From positions 1 to 29,240 of the IMG/VR virus record IMGVR_UViG_3300038675_000433: DNA of 29,240 nucleotides; one strand, 5' to 3'. The DNA is from a virus. Taxonomy: Duplodnaviria > Caudoviricetes. A program made the position numbers and the translations under genes. Shown here piece after piece: positions 16,044 to 24,850 of this stretch (positions are counted from its first letter, which is position 1; each line of letters starts with the position of its first letter). The notes beneath the pieces are model-generated. The model ran no database searches. It was given only the letters and a program-made list of their open reading frames with translations, and was not told where the DNA came from.

Positions 16044-18782
16044 GTGGCGGTAATTAGAAATCTAGTGGTTAAGATAGGCGCGGATATTTCCAGCCTAAGT
16101 AAAGGACTTAAGACAGCGCAAACAAGGCTAACTAAGCTATCCAACAGCCTCTCAAGTATTGGCAAGTCGTTGACTTTCAGGGTGACAATGCCTCTTGTAA
16201 TGATAGCAAAACAGGCATTGCAAACAAGCGCGCAATTCGAGCAGTCAATGGCGAATGCGGCATCCGTTGCGGGAGCAACAGGTGAAGAACTGAAGAACAT
16301 GACAGCACTTGCTAGAGAAATGGGCAAAACAACGGTATTCTCAGCAAGTCAGGCGGCGGATGCAATGTACTATATGGCTTCAGCTGGATATAAGGCAGAG
16401 CAGATGGCGCAAGCAATTCAGCCGATACTCAATCTTGCCGCTGCAACCCAAAGCGATTTAGCGTTTACTACCGATACGGTAATCGCCTCTCTGAACCAGT
16501 TTCAATTGGACTCCAGTGAAGCAGGGAGAGCATCCAATGTGTTTGCAAGCGCAATAGGCAACTCTCAAGCTACGCTTGAAAAGCTAAGCTATTCAATGAG
16601 CTATGTTGGACCCGTGGCAAACAGCTTAGGATGGAGCATTGAGGAAGCGACTGGTGCATTATCTGTTCTATATAATGCAGGCTTTGACGGAAGCATGGCA
16701 GGTACATCATTAAGACAATCGCTTGTAGCTCTGATGAACCCATCTTCAAGCGCAAAAAAGATATTTGAACAGCTAGGAATAGAGCTATCCAAACTAGACC
16801 CGACCACCAACAGGTTTTCGGATATTGTGGATACGCTTGCGCAGTCAGGTATTACAACTGCGCAGGCTATGGAAGTGTTCGGCGCAAGAGCAGGTCCCGG
16901 AATGATGGCGCTGCTTGCACAAGGCGGAGACGCAATTGCTTCCATGACGGATAGGATTACTGGTACCAATGCGGCAACCGAAATGGCGGAAAAGCAAATA
17001 AACACCATGCAAGGCTCAGCAAAGCTGATGAAGTCCATGATGGAGGAAACAGCAATCTCTATTGGCGATGTGCTGATTCCGATACTTAGAAAGCTGATGG
17101 AGAATTATCTTATGCCGCTTACGGCAAGCTTTCAAGGCTTATCCTCGGCATCAAAGGAAACGGTAGTCAAAATCGCAATGATAGCAGCGGCAATCGGGCC
17201 GCTGTTTTTAGTTCTGGCAAAGGTCGTAAAGATGGGTAGCATGATGATGAAGGTAGTGGCTATGCTCACGGGCCCAGTTGGCTTAATTATACTAGCGGTA
17301 GCTGCTTTAACAGCAGCGCTTGTATATCTATATAAAACCAATGAGGGCTTTAGAAAGAAAGTCCTCAAGATTTGGCAGAGAATTAAGGCTGGATTATTAA
17401 ATGCTATGAACGCGGTGAAAGTATGGTGGCAAACCAACGGCGAAAAGGTATTATCAGCGGCAAAAGTGGCATTCGAAATCTATGCAAATGTAGTGCTGTT
17501 TTGTATTGGCGCAGTGATTTCCGTATTTAAAAAGATGGTGTCAAGCTTAATGTTTTTATGGGAAAACAATAAAGCATTTCGTGATGCGATTATTCAAATA
17601 TGGTCGGGAATAAGGCAAGCAATAACCTCTGCAATTGCGTTTATCGTTGCATGGTGGGAGGCGAATGGATTACGCCTTTGGGAGAGCCTAAGTAAGATTT
17701 TTACTGCGATATGGGATGCGATTATATTTGTGTTGGATGGTATTATAAAGTCAGCAACAGTTTTTTTAGGATACCTAAATCCTATCTGGGAGCAGGTCAA
17801 AGGTGTGTTTCTATCACTTTGGGAAGTAATAAAAGATTTGTGGGTGCTGTTAGAACCGTTGCTTATTGTTATAAGCGGAGCACTTGCGATACTGCTTGCA
17901 GCAGCAGTGGGAGTGGTAAACGGAATTATTCAGGCATTAGGACCCTTAATGCAGGCAATGCTGGAGGTAATGCAAATATTCATACATGTTATCGGCGCTA
18001 TAGTGAACCTCTTGCAAGGCGACCTAGATGGCGCATGGGAGCATATGAAGAGCGCAGGCGAAAGTGTAAAGGCATATTACAGCTATCTATGGGAAGCAAT
18101 AAAGAATTTTGCTAAAGGCTTTGCAGAAGGTTTTCTCTGCTTGTTTAATAGCTTCGGAGTAGATCTTGTATCCATAACAAAAGATATTTGCGTGCGTGTT
18201 GGGAAATGGTTTATCAGCCTATGGACAGACATCAAAGACGGCGCTAATAATATATGGACAGCGGTAACCGGAATCTTCGGAAGAATCGGAGATTGGTTTA
18301 AGGAGTTATTTAAGGATGCATTCACTTGGGGACAAAACCTTATCTTATGTATTGTAGACGGAATCAATTCGGCAATAGAATGGGTAGGCGACAGCATTAA
18401 GAGCGTTGGTAAAAAGATAAAGGACTTCTTAGGATTTAGCTCACCCACAAAGGAAGGACCCGGCAAGCATGCAGACGAATGGATGCCGAATATGATGGAT
18501 ATGTTTGCTTCGGGTATTAAAGCAAAGCTTCCAGATATTGAGTCTGCTGTATCATTGACCGCTTCCGCTTTGCATATGCCCGCTGGTGTAGCTGTACCCG
18601 AGCGGAATGAAACCTCTCTCATTAACAGCATACTTGGCGCATTCAGTATGATGCAGTCAAATTATAAAACAAGCGGAGAGCCAGTGCAGCTATCCATAGA
18701 CGGACAAATATTTGCACGGCTAATTATGCCAAACATAATAAAGGAATTTAGAAGAAACGGCATTATACTGGAGGGCATATAA
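16044..18782 (+). CDS. Tape measure protein (TP901-like core)
   Basis: LVVKIGAD start; FEQSMAN, TTVFSASQAADAM and GSMAGTSLR; amphipathic W/F repeats. Confidence 0.96.
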   Translation: MAVIRNLVVKIGADISSLSKGLKTAQTRLTKLSNSLSSIGKSLTFRVTMPLVMIAKQALQTSAQFEQSMANAASVAGATGEELKNMTALAREMGKTTVFSASQAADAMYYMASAGYKAEQMAQAIQPILNLAAATQSDLAFTTDTVIASLNQFQLDSSEAGRASNVFASAIGNSQATLEKLSYSMSYVGPVANSLGWSIEEATGALSVLYNAGFDGSMAGTSLRQSLVALMNPSSSAKKIFEQLGIELSKLDPTTNRFSDIVDTLAQSGITTAQAMEVFGARAGPGMMALLAQGGDAIASMTDRITGTNAATEMAEKQINTMQGSAKLMKSMMEETAISIGDVLIPILRKLMENYLMPLTASFQGLSSASKETVVKIAMIAAAIGPLFLVLAKVVKMGSMMMKVVAMLTGPVGLIILAVAALTAALVYLYKTNEGFRKKVLKIWQRIKAGLLNAMNAVKVWWQTNGEKVLSAAKVAFEIYANVVLFCIGAVISVFKKMVSSLMFLWENNKAFRDAIIQIWSGIRQAITSAIAFIVAWWEANGLRLWESLSKIFTAIWDAIIFVLDGIIKSATVFLGYLNPIWEQVKGVFLSLWEVIKDLWVLLEPLLIVISGALAILLAAAVGVVNGIIQALGPLMQAMLEVMQIFIHVIGAIVNLLQGDLDGAWEHMKSAGESVKAYYSYLWEAIKNFAKGFAEGFLCLFNSFGVDLVSITKDICVRVGKWFISLWTDIKDGANNIWTAVTGIFGRIGDWFKELFKDAFTWGQNLILCIVDGINSAIEWVGDSIKSVGKKIKDFLGFSSPTKEGPGKHADEWMPNMMDMFASGIKAKLPDIESAVSLTASALHMPAGVAVPERNETSLINSILGAFSMMQSNYKTSGEPVQLSIDGQIFARLIMPNIIKEFRRNGIILEGI

Positions 18783-18783
18783 C

Positions 18784-19143
18784 ATGGTATTATTTAAAAT
18801 AAACAGTAAGACCTTGAGCCGCAACCCTACTGAAATAAATCAATCTCAATACAAGCTTCAAAAAACAGATAGAACTATAGACGGCACCTTGATTGCGGAC
18901 ATTATCGCCGTAAAAAACAAGGTGTCGTTTGCTTGGGACTATCTAAATACAACAGATCTTAAAAAGCTGATTGATGAGATAAACGCAGACACTTTTCCGA
19001 CAATCGAATATACCGACCCTGACAGCGCAACCATGAAACAGATAATAGGTCACGCAGATGACATATCCTATACACCGCATTACGACAGCAGAACAGGCAC
19101 AATTCTTTGGAAGGAGGTGAAGGTCAGCTTTGAAGAAAAATAA
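18784..19143 (+). CDS. Distal tail / baseplate hub-like protein
   Basis: Immediately after the tape measure gene; DRTIDGTL.ADIIAVK and W..V.VSFEE pattern. Confidence 0.7.
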   Translation: MVLFKINSKTLSRNPTEINQSQYKLQKTDRTIDGTLIADIIAVKNKVSFAWDYLNTTDLKKLIDEINADTFPTIEYTDPDSATMKQIIGHADDISYTPHYDSRTGTILWKEVKVSFEEK

Positions 19144-19176
19144 AAAAAATAAGACGTTTCATATATATCGTCTTAT
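19142..19176 (-). terminator. Rho-independent terminator on the minus strand
   Basis: Minus strand ATAAGACG-N12-CGTCTTAT followed by a T run (plus-strand arms 19149-19156 and 19169-19176). Confidence 0.8.
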
Positions 19177-19418
19177 CTTTAAAAAGCTTCCGGAACGGGT
19201 CATGTGTAAGCACCTCTTCCTTCAAGGATAATATTTTTCCTTCTATGACCATTGCCGATACTCTTACATGTAGAAAATACAAACAAAAAATGAGCTGCTC
19301 GTATAATCTCAATAACAGATATGTGTAAGCATTCCGCTGTTGCAAGGGAAAACCTCGCTTCGACAATGACCTCCTCCACTTACAGGAGCATAATATTGAT
19401 TGCTCAAAACAATATTAC
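19142..19418 (-). ncRNA. Candidate orphan structured RNA with two tandem pseudoknot-like motifs
   Basis: Has its own promoter and terminator. Two copies of TGTAAG..GGTCAT..hairpin..TGCTTACACAT; no credible ORF fits within the unit. Confidence 0.55.
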
Positions 19419-19424
19419 TATCAT

Positions 19425-19453
19425 ATTATATTCAATTAGCAAGAAAAAGTCAA
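19425..19453 (-). promoter_or_regulatory. Near-consensus sigma-A promoter, minus strand
   Basis: TTGACT (19453-19448), 17 nt, TATAAT (19430-19425). Confidence 0.8.
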
Positions 19454-19479
19454 TAAAATTATTAATTATGGAGGGTTTT

Positions 19480-21279
19480 ATGGGATATATTGATAATCCT
19501 AGAAGGGTGTTCGGCAAGGTAACAATTATATATTCAGACAGCGATATTAGTATGGATTTGTCAACAGACACCTCCGGCAACGGCGAAATATCATATCCTT
19601 CACAGGTTTATGGAGGCTTCACAGAACTAACAATAAAGGCTTGCACAATGGATGGAAATAGCACTATGGGTGGCGGCTTTCAAATGAATGATGCAGGACT
19701 AATTACCGGCTGGTGGAGCAATGTTCATTGTGGCAGCGATTGTGTATTTCAGACACCGCCTTGGCTAAAGCTAAACTTCTTAGCTAGACCGCTCATTCGT
19801 TGGATAATATCAGGGGACAGCAAGCTGAACCAATTTCCTGTTAATTTTGATGTTAGTATACACAGGCAAGAGGATGTAATTGACACTAGGTCATTTATTA
19901 ATAATGATAAAGGAACAATCGAGGTAAAATATGATAATCCTTTTAATGACATCACTTCAATAAAATTAACAATATATAAATGGAATACCCCAAACGCAAA
20001 GGCAAAGATAATACAATTTTTTGATACCGTAAAGGAAGATTACGATGGTGATGATTTAAAGGAATTTGAGGTGCTAGAGGAGCTTTGCAAGGATGGTGAA
20101 GTAGGCTTTGGAATAAATAGTGATACAGCATCGTTTACAATCTACAACAAGGACAGGAAGTTTGACAGAGGCTATCTTAAATCTTTAGTGCTACTAAATA
20201 GAAAGGTTATTCCGTATATAGGTATTGACAACGGCACAGGCGGAGTAAATTACACAAAGTTTGGTACATTTTATTCGGAAGACTGGAATGTGCCGCAAGG
20301 CGATGTTTGGGTTAAGCTCAAATGCGTAGATAGACTGTACAGCCTGCAAAGGATAAGCTATATCGGTTATCCCTATTCAGTAATGGCTAACCTTTACGTT
20401 ATAGCAGAGGATATACTTTTAAAAAGTGGATTAACAGCAGGGCAATTCAGTATAGATCAAGCTTTGCAAAGCGATATCGTTTATGCTGGCTTTATTAAAA
20501 AGGGCAGCGCATGGGAGTGCTTACAGGAGGTTTGCTATGCCGGGATGTGCAATGCTTTTGTTAATAGAGATAATATATTAATGCTTCAAAAAGAGACTGT
20601 TAATGCTACAAGTATGGTTATTGGTGCAGACAGAATAACAGCCTATGAAAAGCGCACTAGAAAAACAGACTTTTGTAACTATGTAGAGGTAAACTATACC
20701 GAAACAGAGACCACAAGCACATTAATAACAGCTTATGAGGAAATCATAACTCTTGATGGTGGAGAAAAAAGGACATTAATTGTAGACTATAGTGGATATG
20801 TTTCTAATGCAATGATAAGCTTTTTACCTAGCATTGGAATAGAATTGATTTTCTTTGAAAGTGGTATAAATGCAGGTAAATACACATTAAAGAATAACAA
20901 TATTTCTGCATATACAACTACGGTGACAATTAAAGGGTATTCTCTTACAATATCAACAAGGACAATAGCAGTAAAGGATGATACATCCATAGATAAATGG
21001 GGCAAGCAGGAATATATATATCCATATAGTGACCTTATTCAAAGCTATGAGAGAGCAAAGGAAATAGGAGAAATTATTCTTACACGATTGACTGCAAAAA
21101 ACGGCAATCTGAAAATAACCTGGAGAGGAGATCCTGCACTAAGCTTGCAGGATTCTTTCATAATAAAGGACAAATATGGTACAGAGAATACTTGTATTAA
21201 CGAATACAACCGCTTCAAGTTTGATGGAGCATTGCAGCAGGATACAAGAGGGAGGCTAATAAATGGCGACATGGAATGA
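19480..21279 (+). CDS. Tail tip/baseplate structural protein
   Basis: Start reassigned to ATG 19480 (RBS GGAGGG). KFGTFY..DW, FCNYVEVNY and WRGDPAL motifs of siphophage minor tail proteins. Confidence 0.8.
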   Translation: MGYIDNPRRVFGKVTIIYSDSDISMDLSTDTSGNGEISYPSQVYGGFTELTIKACTMDGNSTMGGGFQMNDAGLITGWWSNVHCGSDCVFQTPPWLKLNFLARPLIRWIISGDSKLNQFPVNFDVSIHRQEDVIDTRSFINNDKGTIEVKYDNPFNDITSIKLTIYKWNTPNAKAKIIQFFDTVKEDYDGDDLKEFEVLEELCKDGEVGFGINSDTASFTIYNKDRKFDRGYLKSLVLLNRKVIPYIGIDNGTGGVNYTKFGTFYSEDWNVPQGDVWVKLKCVDRLYSLQRISYIGYPYSVMANLYVIAEDILLKSGLTAGQFSIDQALQSDIVYAGFIKKGSAWECLQEVCYAGMCNAFVNRDNILMLQKETVNATSMVIGADRITAYEKRTRKTDFCNYVEVNYTETETTSTLITAYEEIITLDGGEKRTLIVDYSGYVSNAMISFLPSIGIELIFFESGINAGKYTLKNNNISAYTTTVTIKGYSLTISTRTIAVKDDTSIDKWGKQEYIYPYSDLIQSYERAKEIGEIILTRLTAKNGNLKITWRGDPALSLQDSFIIKDKYGTENTCINEYNRFKFDGALQQDTRGRLINGDME

Positions 21280-22315
21280 ACCAAAAAGCAATTATGTGGC
21301 AGGCGATGAGGTAAAGCCTTCAATATTTAACGAGCTTGCTGAAAACGAGAAATACTTAAAGGAAACTCAGGATACTAAGATAACATTAGCTCAAGTTAAA
21401 GACGCTGTTATGCCTAACACACAGGCAGGCACAAGGGTTAATCTTGCTGCTAATGAGCTGTTAAGCACAAGCTTAGGTAAGGTAAGAAAATGGTTTGCTG
21501 ACTTAAAAGCATTAGCCTTTAAGGATGTGATTACTGAAAGTGATATTAGCGGTAATATATCAGGAAGCAAAATAAGCGGTGCGGTTGCGGAAGCGACTCT
21601 TGCTGCATCGGCAACTAAGTTAGCAACATCAAGAAATATAGGTCTTTCAGGTGTTACGGCAACCGCGCAGAGCTTTAACGGAACCGCGGCGATTACAATA
21701 CCGATAACGGCAATACCAGCAAGCCTGCTCACAGGAACGTTAGCGCTTGATTCTACGGGAAACGCAGCTACGGCAGACAAGCTGAAAATAGGAAGGAATA
21801 TAGGCTTGTCGGGAGTTACGGCTACGGCTGTAGCCTTTGATGGTAGCGGTGATATTGCTATTGTGATAACGGGGGTACCAGCAACTCTTTTAACAGGCAC
21901 TGCAAGCATACCAACATCAGGCAACGCTGGGAGCGCTACTAAGCTGCAAACAGCAAGAACGATTGGTGTTTCTGGAATAACAGGCACTGCACAATCCTTT
22001 GATGGCACTGCAAATATAGTTATACCAATTACGGCAATTCCTGCAAGCCTTTTGACAGGGACAATTGCTGTTGCAAGGCTTCCTATTGCAACAGCTAGCG
22101 TAGTAGGCGCAGTTAAGGGCGGAGGTAATGTATCAATTGCTGCAGACGGTACCTTGAGTGCAAGTCTCAGTGGTAGCGGTATTACAGTTACGGCAAGGTC
22201 AGGACTGGGTAATCTAACAAATTTGGATAGCGTGTTAAATTACATATCCAATGTATTCTTAGGAACGCAGACAATAACCAAGATTAAAGCAGGAACGTTC
22301 GATACTACAGCTTAA
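21263..22315 (+). CDS. Tail fibre protein with three 54-aa repeats
   Basis: ATKL.T.R.IG.SG......FDG repeats; LPIATASVVGAVK.G.NVSIAADGTLS fibre motif. Confidence 0.85.
   Translation: MATWNEPKSNYVAGDEVKPSIFNELAENEKYLKETQDTKITLAQVKDAVMPNTQAGTRVNLAANELLSTSLGKVRKWFADLKALAFKDVITESDISGNISGSKISGAVAEATLAASATKLATSRNIGLSGVTATAQSFNGTAAITIPITAIPASLLTGTLALDSTGNAATADKLKIGRNIGLSGVTATAVAFDGSGDIAIVITGVPATLLTGTASIPTSGNAGSATKLQTARTIGVSGITGTAQSFDGTANIVIPITAIPASLLTGTIAVARLPIATASVVGAVKGGGNVSIAADGTLSASLSGSGITVTARSGLGNLTNLDSVLNYISNVFLGTQTITKIKAGTFDTTA
21611..22065 (+). repeat. Three degenerate 162-bp tandem coding repeats
   Basis: Units start at 21611, 21773 and 21935. Confidence 0.85.
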
Positions 22316-22325
22316 GGAGAGAGAA

Positions 22326-23393
22326 ATGGGTTATTCAAAAAATGGTGTAGATATTACTACTCTTTGTGAGGTTGCATACGGCAGTAGTGATACAAGGAAT
22401 AAGGCGTCTATTAATACTACAAATTACTTGTTTAACGGAAACACTCGTGCTGTTGGCTTTCCTAATGCTCAGTTCATAAGCTATGAATCTGGATACGTTT
22501 ACAGCACCGAGGCATTAGGAGGAGTATATAAAAAGGCAGGATCTAATCTTGCACTTTCAGCGAAAGGATATAGACCTGGATATACATTTAGGTATTCAGC
22601 AGGTGGAAGTAGTGGAGGCCATATTAAGAAATTCCCTGAAGGTGATATATGGTTAGGTGGTACCGAGGGCGTAAGAGATGGAACAAGGCTATGTACGCAA
22701 GCTGAAAACTGGAACTGGTTATTTGCTTGTTACGCTGGCGGAGGTGGAGGCGGCGGAGGAGGTTCCGCTACTGCTTCAGCAGGTGGTGGTGGCGGTGGTG
22801 GATATATTTTTGCAGTGTTCCGCTTATTTGCCGGCAGGAAAATGACATTTAAGGCTGGTTGGGGAGGCAGCGCGGGAGGAGGTAACGCGGACGGAGGCAA
22901 CGGTCTTCAATCTGATGTATTGCTATACGCTAATTCTTCAATTCCAGGCGCAAATCAAAATTCATTTGCAAATGCCCAAGCAGGCTATGGCGGCGAAAGA
23001 GGCGGTAGTGGTGCAGGTGGTTTAGCGGGTGGAACTTATGTTATTAATCCTCAGAGAAGTGACTTTTATGTAATTCAAGCAAAAAGTGGCGGCAACGGCG
23101 CATCAAGAAACAATGCAGGAGCGATAAGTACAGTTAATTTCAATAATCATTCTCCTGAAGCTCAGCAAATAACGTATTTGACAGGGAGCGGCGGTGCATC
23201 AGGCGGCAGCTCAGGTGGCGGAGGTGGCGGAGGCTCCCCTATGGGAAACGGTGGAGCTGGAGGAAGTGGTTCTGGTGCAAACGGCGGCTCTGGCTCAGGC
23301 TGGGGCGCTGGAGGCGGCGGAGGAGCATGGAAAGCGTTCGGAACGACTAACGGTGGCAGTGGTGCACCTGGCTATGTCGCATTTTATTACTAA
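22326..23393 (+). CDS. Glycine-rich tail / receptor-binding protein
   Basis: GGGGGGG..A.GGGGGGY repeats and terminal GGSGAPGYV; lies in the fibre module. Confidence 0.82.
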   Translation: MGYSKNGVDITTLCEVAYGSSDTRNKASINTTNYLFNGNTRAVGFPNAQFISYESGYVYSTEALGGVYKKAGSNLALSAKGYRPGYTFRYSAGGSSGGHIKKFPEGDIWLGGTEGVRDGTRLCTQAENWNWLFACYAGGGGGGGGGSATASAGGGGGGGYIFAVFRLFAGRKMTFKAGWGGSAGGGNADGGNGLQSDVLLYANSSIPGANQNSFANAQAGYGGERGGSGAGGLAGGTYVINPQRSDFYVIQAKSGGNGASRNNAGAISTVNFNNHSPEAQQITYLTGSGGASGGSSGGGGGGGSPMGNGGAGGSGSGANGGSGSGWGAGGGGGAWKAFGTTNGGSGAPGYVAFYY

Positions 23394-23406
23394 AGGAGGT
23401 ACACTT

Positions 23407-23973
23407 ATGGCAATTCTAGAAAAAAGCACAAGCAATTATTATAAGATTGAATTCGATGAATGTATGATAAAAGGCACTGCCGTCATTGTATCATTTTCAA
23501 CCTATCAGTCCTTAGGGGAAAGAGAAAAGGAAAAATCATGTAGACCATTGCTCAATGAATTTCTGAGCAAAATACAGCAACGGCTAACAGTATTACACAA
23601 TGAGCTGATAACTGCGTGCGAGGCTTTAGGCAAGCAGCCGCAGGAGATAGTAGGAGAAGATGGGATAATTAGCGATGAATATCCCGATTTGAAAGCTAAG
23701 CAAATGGAGATGAACAGTCTTGAGCCAATGCCCTTAGCGGTATTTGAAAGGTTCTATCAATACGGAGACGTGATATTTCCTGAAATTGATTATACGGTAT
23801 CCAAAGAATTATTAGAGGGATACGGATATGATGAAAACTGGATAAAGGAACCGATACGGCTAACAACAAAAGCGCAGATATATTGCGGAGAATATAATGG
23901 TGAGCCTATAAGCCATTCATTATATTATAACAGGCTAAAAGAAAGAATGAATGACAGCATAAAGGATTGCTGA
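23407..23973 (+). CDS. Hypothetical protein (possible fibre chaperone)
   Basis: Start reassigned to ATG 23407 (RBS AAGGAGGT); no recognised motif. Confidence 0.65.
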   Translation: MAILEKSTSNYYKIEFDECMIKGTAVIVSFSTYQSLGEREKEKSCRPLLNEFLSKIQQRLTVLHNELITACEALGKQPQEIVGEDGIISDEYPDLKAKQMEMNSLEPMPLAVFERFYQYGDVIFPEIDYTVSKELLEGYGYDENWIKEPIRLTTKAQIYCGEYNGEPISHSLYYNRLKERMNDSIKDC

Positions 23974-23983
23974 GGGAGGACAA

Positions 23984-24286
23984 ATGCAAGTATTTACAAT
24001 AATAATATCCGTGATAGGAAGCGTAGTCAGTGGCACTGCGCTTTTTTTATTACAACGATGGTTTAAGAAAAAGGATGCCCGTGACGCTGAAACCGATAAG
24101 GTTATGGCAAAAGAGAATGTCTTGATAATAAAGAGCATTAACGCCATAGGTAGGCTAACAGAGGCAACGGCAATAGCCTTGAAAGACGGCAAAACAAATG
24201 GCTCGATGCACTCAGCGCTTGAAGAATACGAGGAAGTTGACAGGGAAATGTACAACTATCTACTAGAGCGTAACGCTCATAAATAA
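23984..24286 (+). CDS. Holin-like single-TM coiled-coil protein
   Basis: One N-terminal TM helix, basic stretch, ..NG.M..AL..Y C-terminus; lysis-cassette position. Confidence 0.65.
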   Translation: MQVFTIIISVIGSVVSGTALFLLQRWFKKKDARDAETDKVMAKENVLIIKSINAIGRLTEATAIALKDGKTNGSMHSALEEYEEVDREMYNYLLERNAHK

Positions 24287-24298
24287 GGAGAACAAATA

Positions 24299-24601
24299 AT
24301 GGATTATTTACAGATTATAAGCGTACCGGTAATCGCAACAATCGTTTACTGGACGGTCAATCTTATTAAATACGCAACAAACAACAACGAAAAGTTCAAA
24401 AGGCTTATTCCTTTGATTTCGGCAGGTCTTGGAACAGCGTTAGGCATAATTTGCTTTTACAGCATACCAGACATTATCCCTGCATCAAATGTCTTAGTTG
24501 CAATCATAAGCGGCGGAGCAAGCGGATTATCGGCTACAGGATGCAATCAGATTATTAAGCAATTAATGGATGATAAGGGGGATAAAAATGACAATTCCTA
24601 G
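24299..24601 (+). CDS. Phage holin
   Basis: Three hydrophobic segments; KRLIPLIS..LG and G.ASGLSATG.NQ..KQ motifs. Confidence 0.82.
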   Translation: MDYLQIISVPVIATIVYWTVNLIKYATNNNEKFKRLIPLISAGLGTALGIICFYSIPDIIPASNVLVAIISGGASGLSATGCNQIIKQLMDDKGDKNDNS

Positions 24602-24791
24602 AATGAGAACTATCAATGAATTGGTACAGGAAATCAAGGTCCAAGACCCGCGTTCTGCCATTTCGTACCACTATATTAGATCGCTTTGCAAGGCGGGTAA
24701 AATAAAGTGCATATTGGTGAATTCTAAGTATTTAGTAGACCTTGACGCCTTTATTACATATCTTTCTGGGTTATGCGAGGTTTCTAGTTGA
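24588..24791 (+). CDS. Excisionase-like HTH DNA-binding protein
   Basis: MTIPRMRTINE...IK..DP.SAIS..YIR.LCK.GKI.....KYLVDLD; directly upstream of int; RBS AAGGGG. Confidence 0.78.
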   Translation: MTIPRMRTINELVQEIKVQDPRSAISYHYIRSLCKAGKIKCILVNSKYLVDLDAFITYLSGLCEVSS

Positions 24792-24842
24792 CTTAATTCA
24801 GTTAGTGCGGTATTCCTTTGTGTACCAAAGAAAACAGGAGGT
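24788..24842 (+). promoter_or_regulatory. Integrase promoter/leader (divergent copy 3 of the phage motif)
   Basis: TTGACT (24788-24793), 17 nt ending GCGG, TATTCC, then TACCAAAG and AGGAGG. Confidence 0.55.
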
Positions 24843-24850
24843 AAATTAAT

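Noticed and set aside
19298-19335. CTCGTATAATCTCAATAA resembles the start of a purine riboswitch
   Set aside because: The downstream UAUGG, UCUACC and CCGUAAA elements and a closing P1 are missing.
19124-19366. 80-aa minus-strand ORF with a GGAGGAGG upstream
   Set aside because: TTG is only 3 nt from the SD, the ORF reads through the terminator into the upstream gene, and the repeats are conserved in nucleotide sequence rather than protein. Not fully excluded.
19321-19479. Extended N-terminus of the 652-aa tail ORF
   Set aside because: No RBS and it overlaps the antisense unit; ATG 19480 has a good RBS.
23194-23406. Extended N-terminus of the 259-aa ORF
   Set aside because: It is an alternative frame of the Gly-rich gene; the real start is at 23407.
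21263-24600. Diversity-generating retroelement or invertible fibre cassette
   Set aside because: No reverse transcriptase, no adenine-specific TR/VR pair and no invertase or inverted crossover sites were seen.
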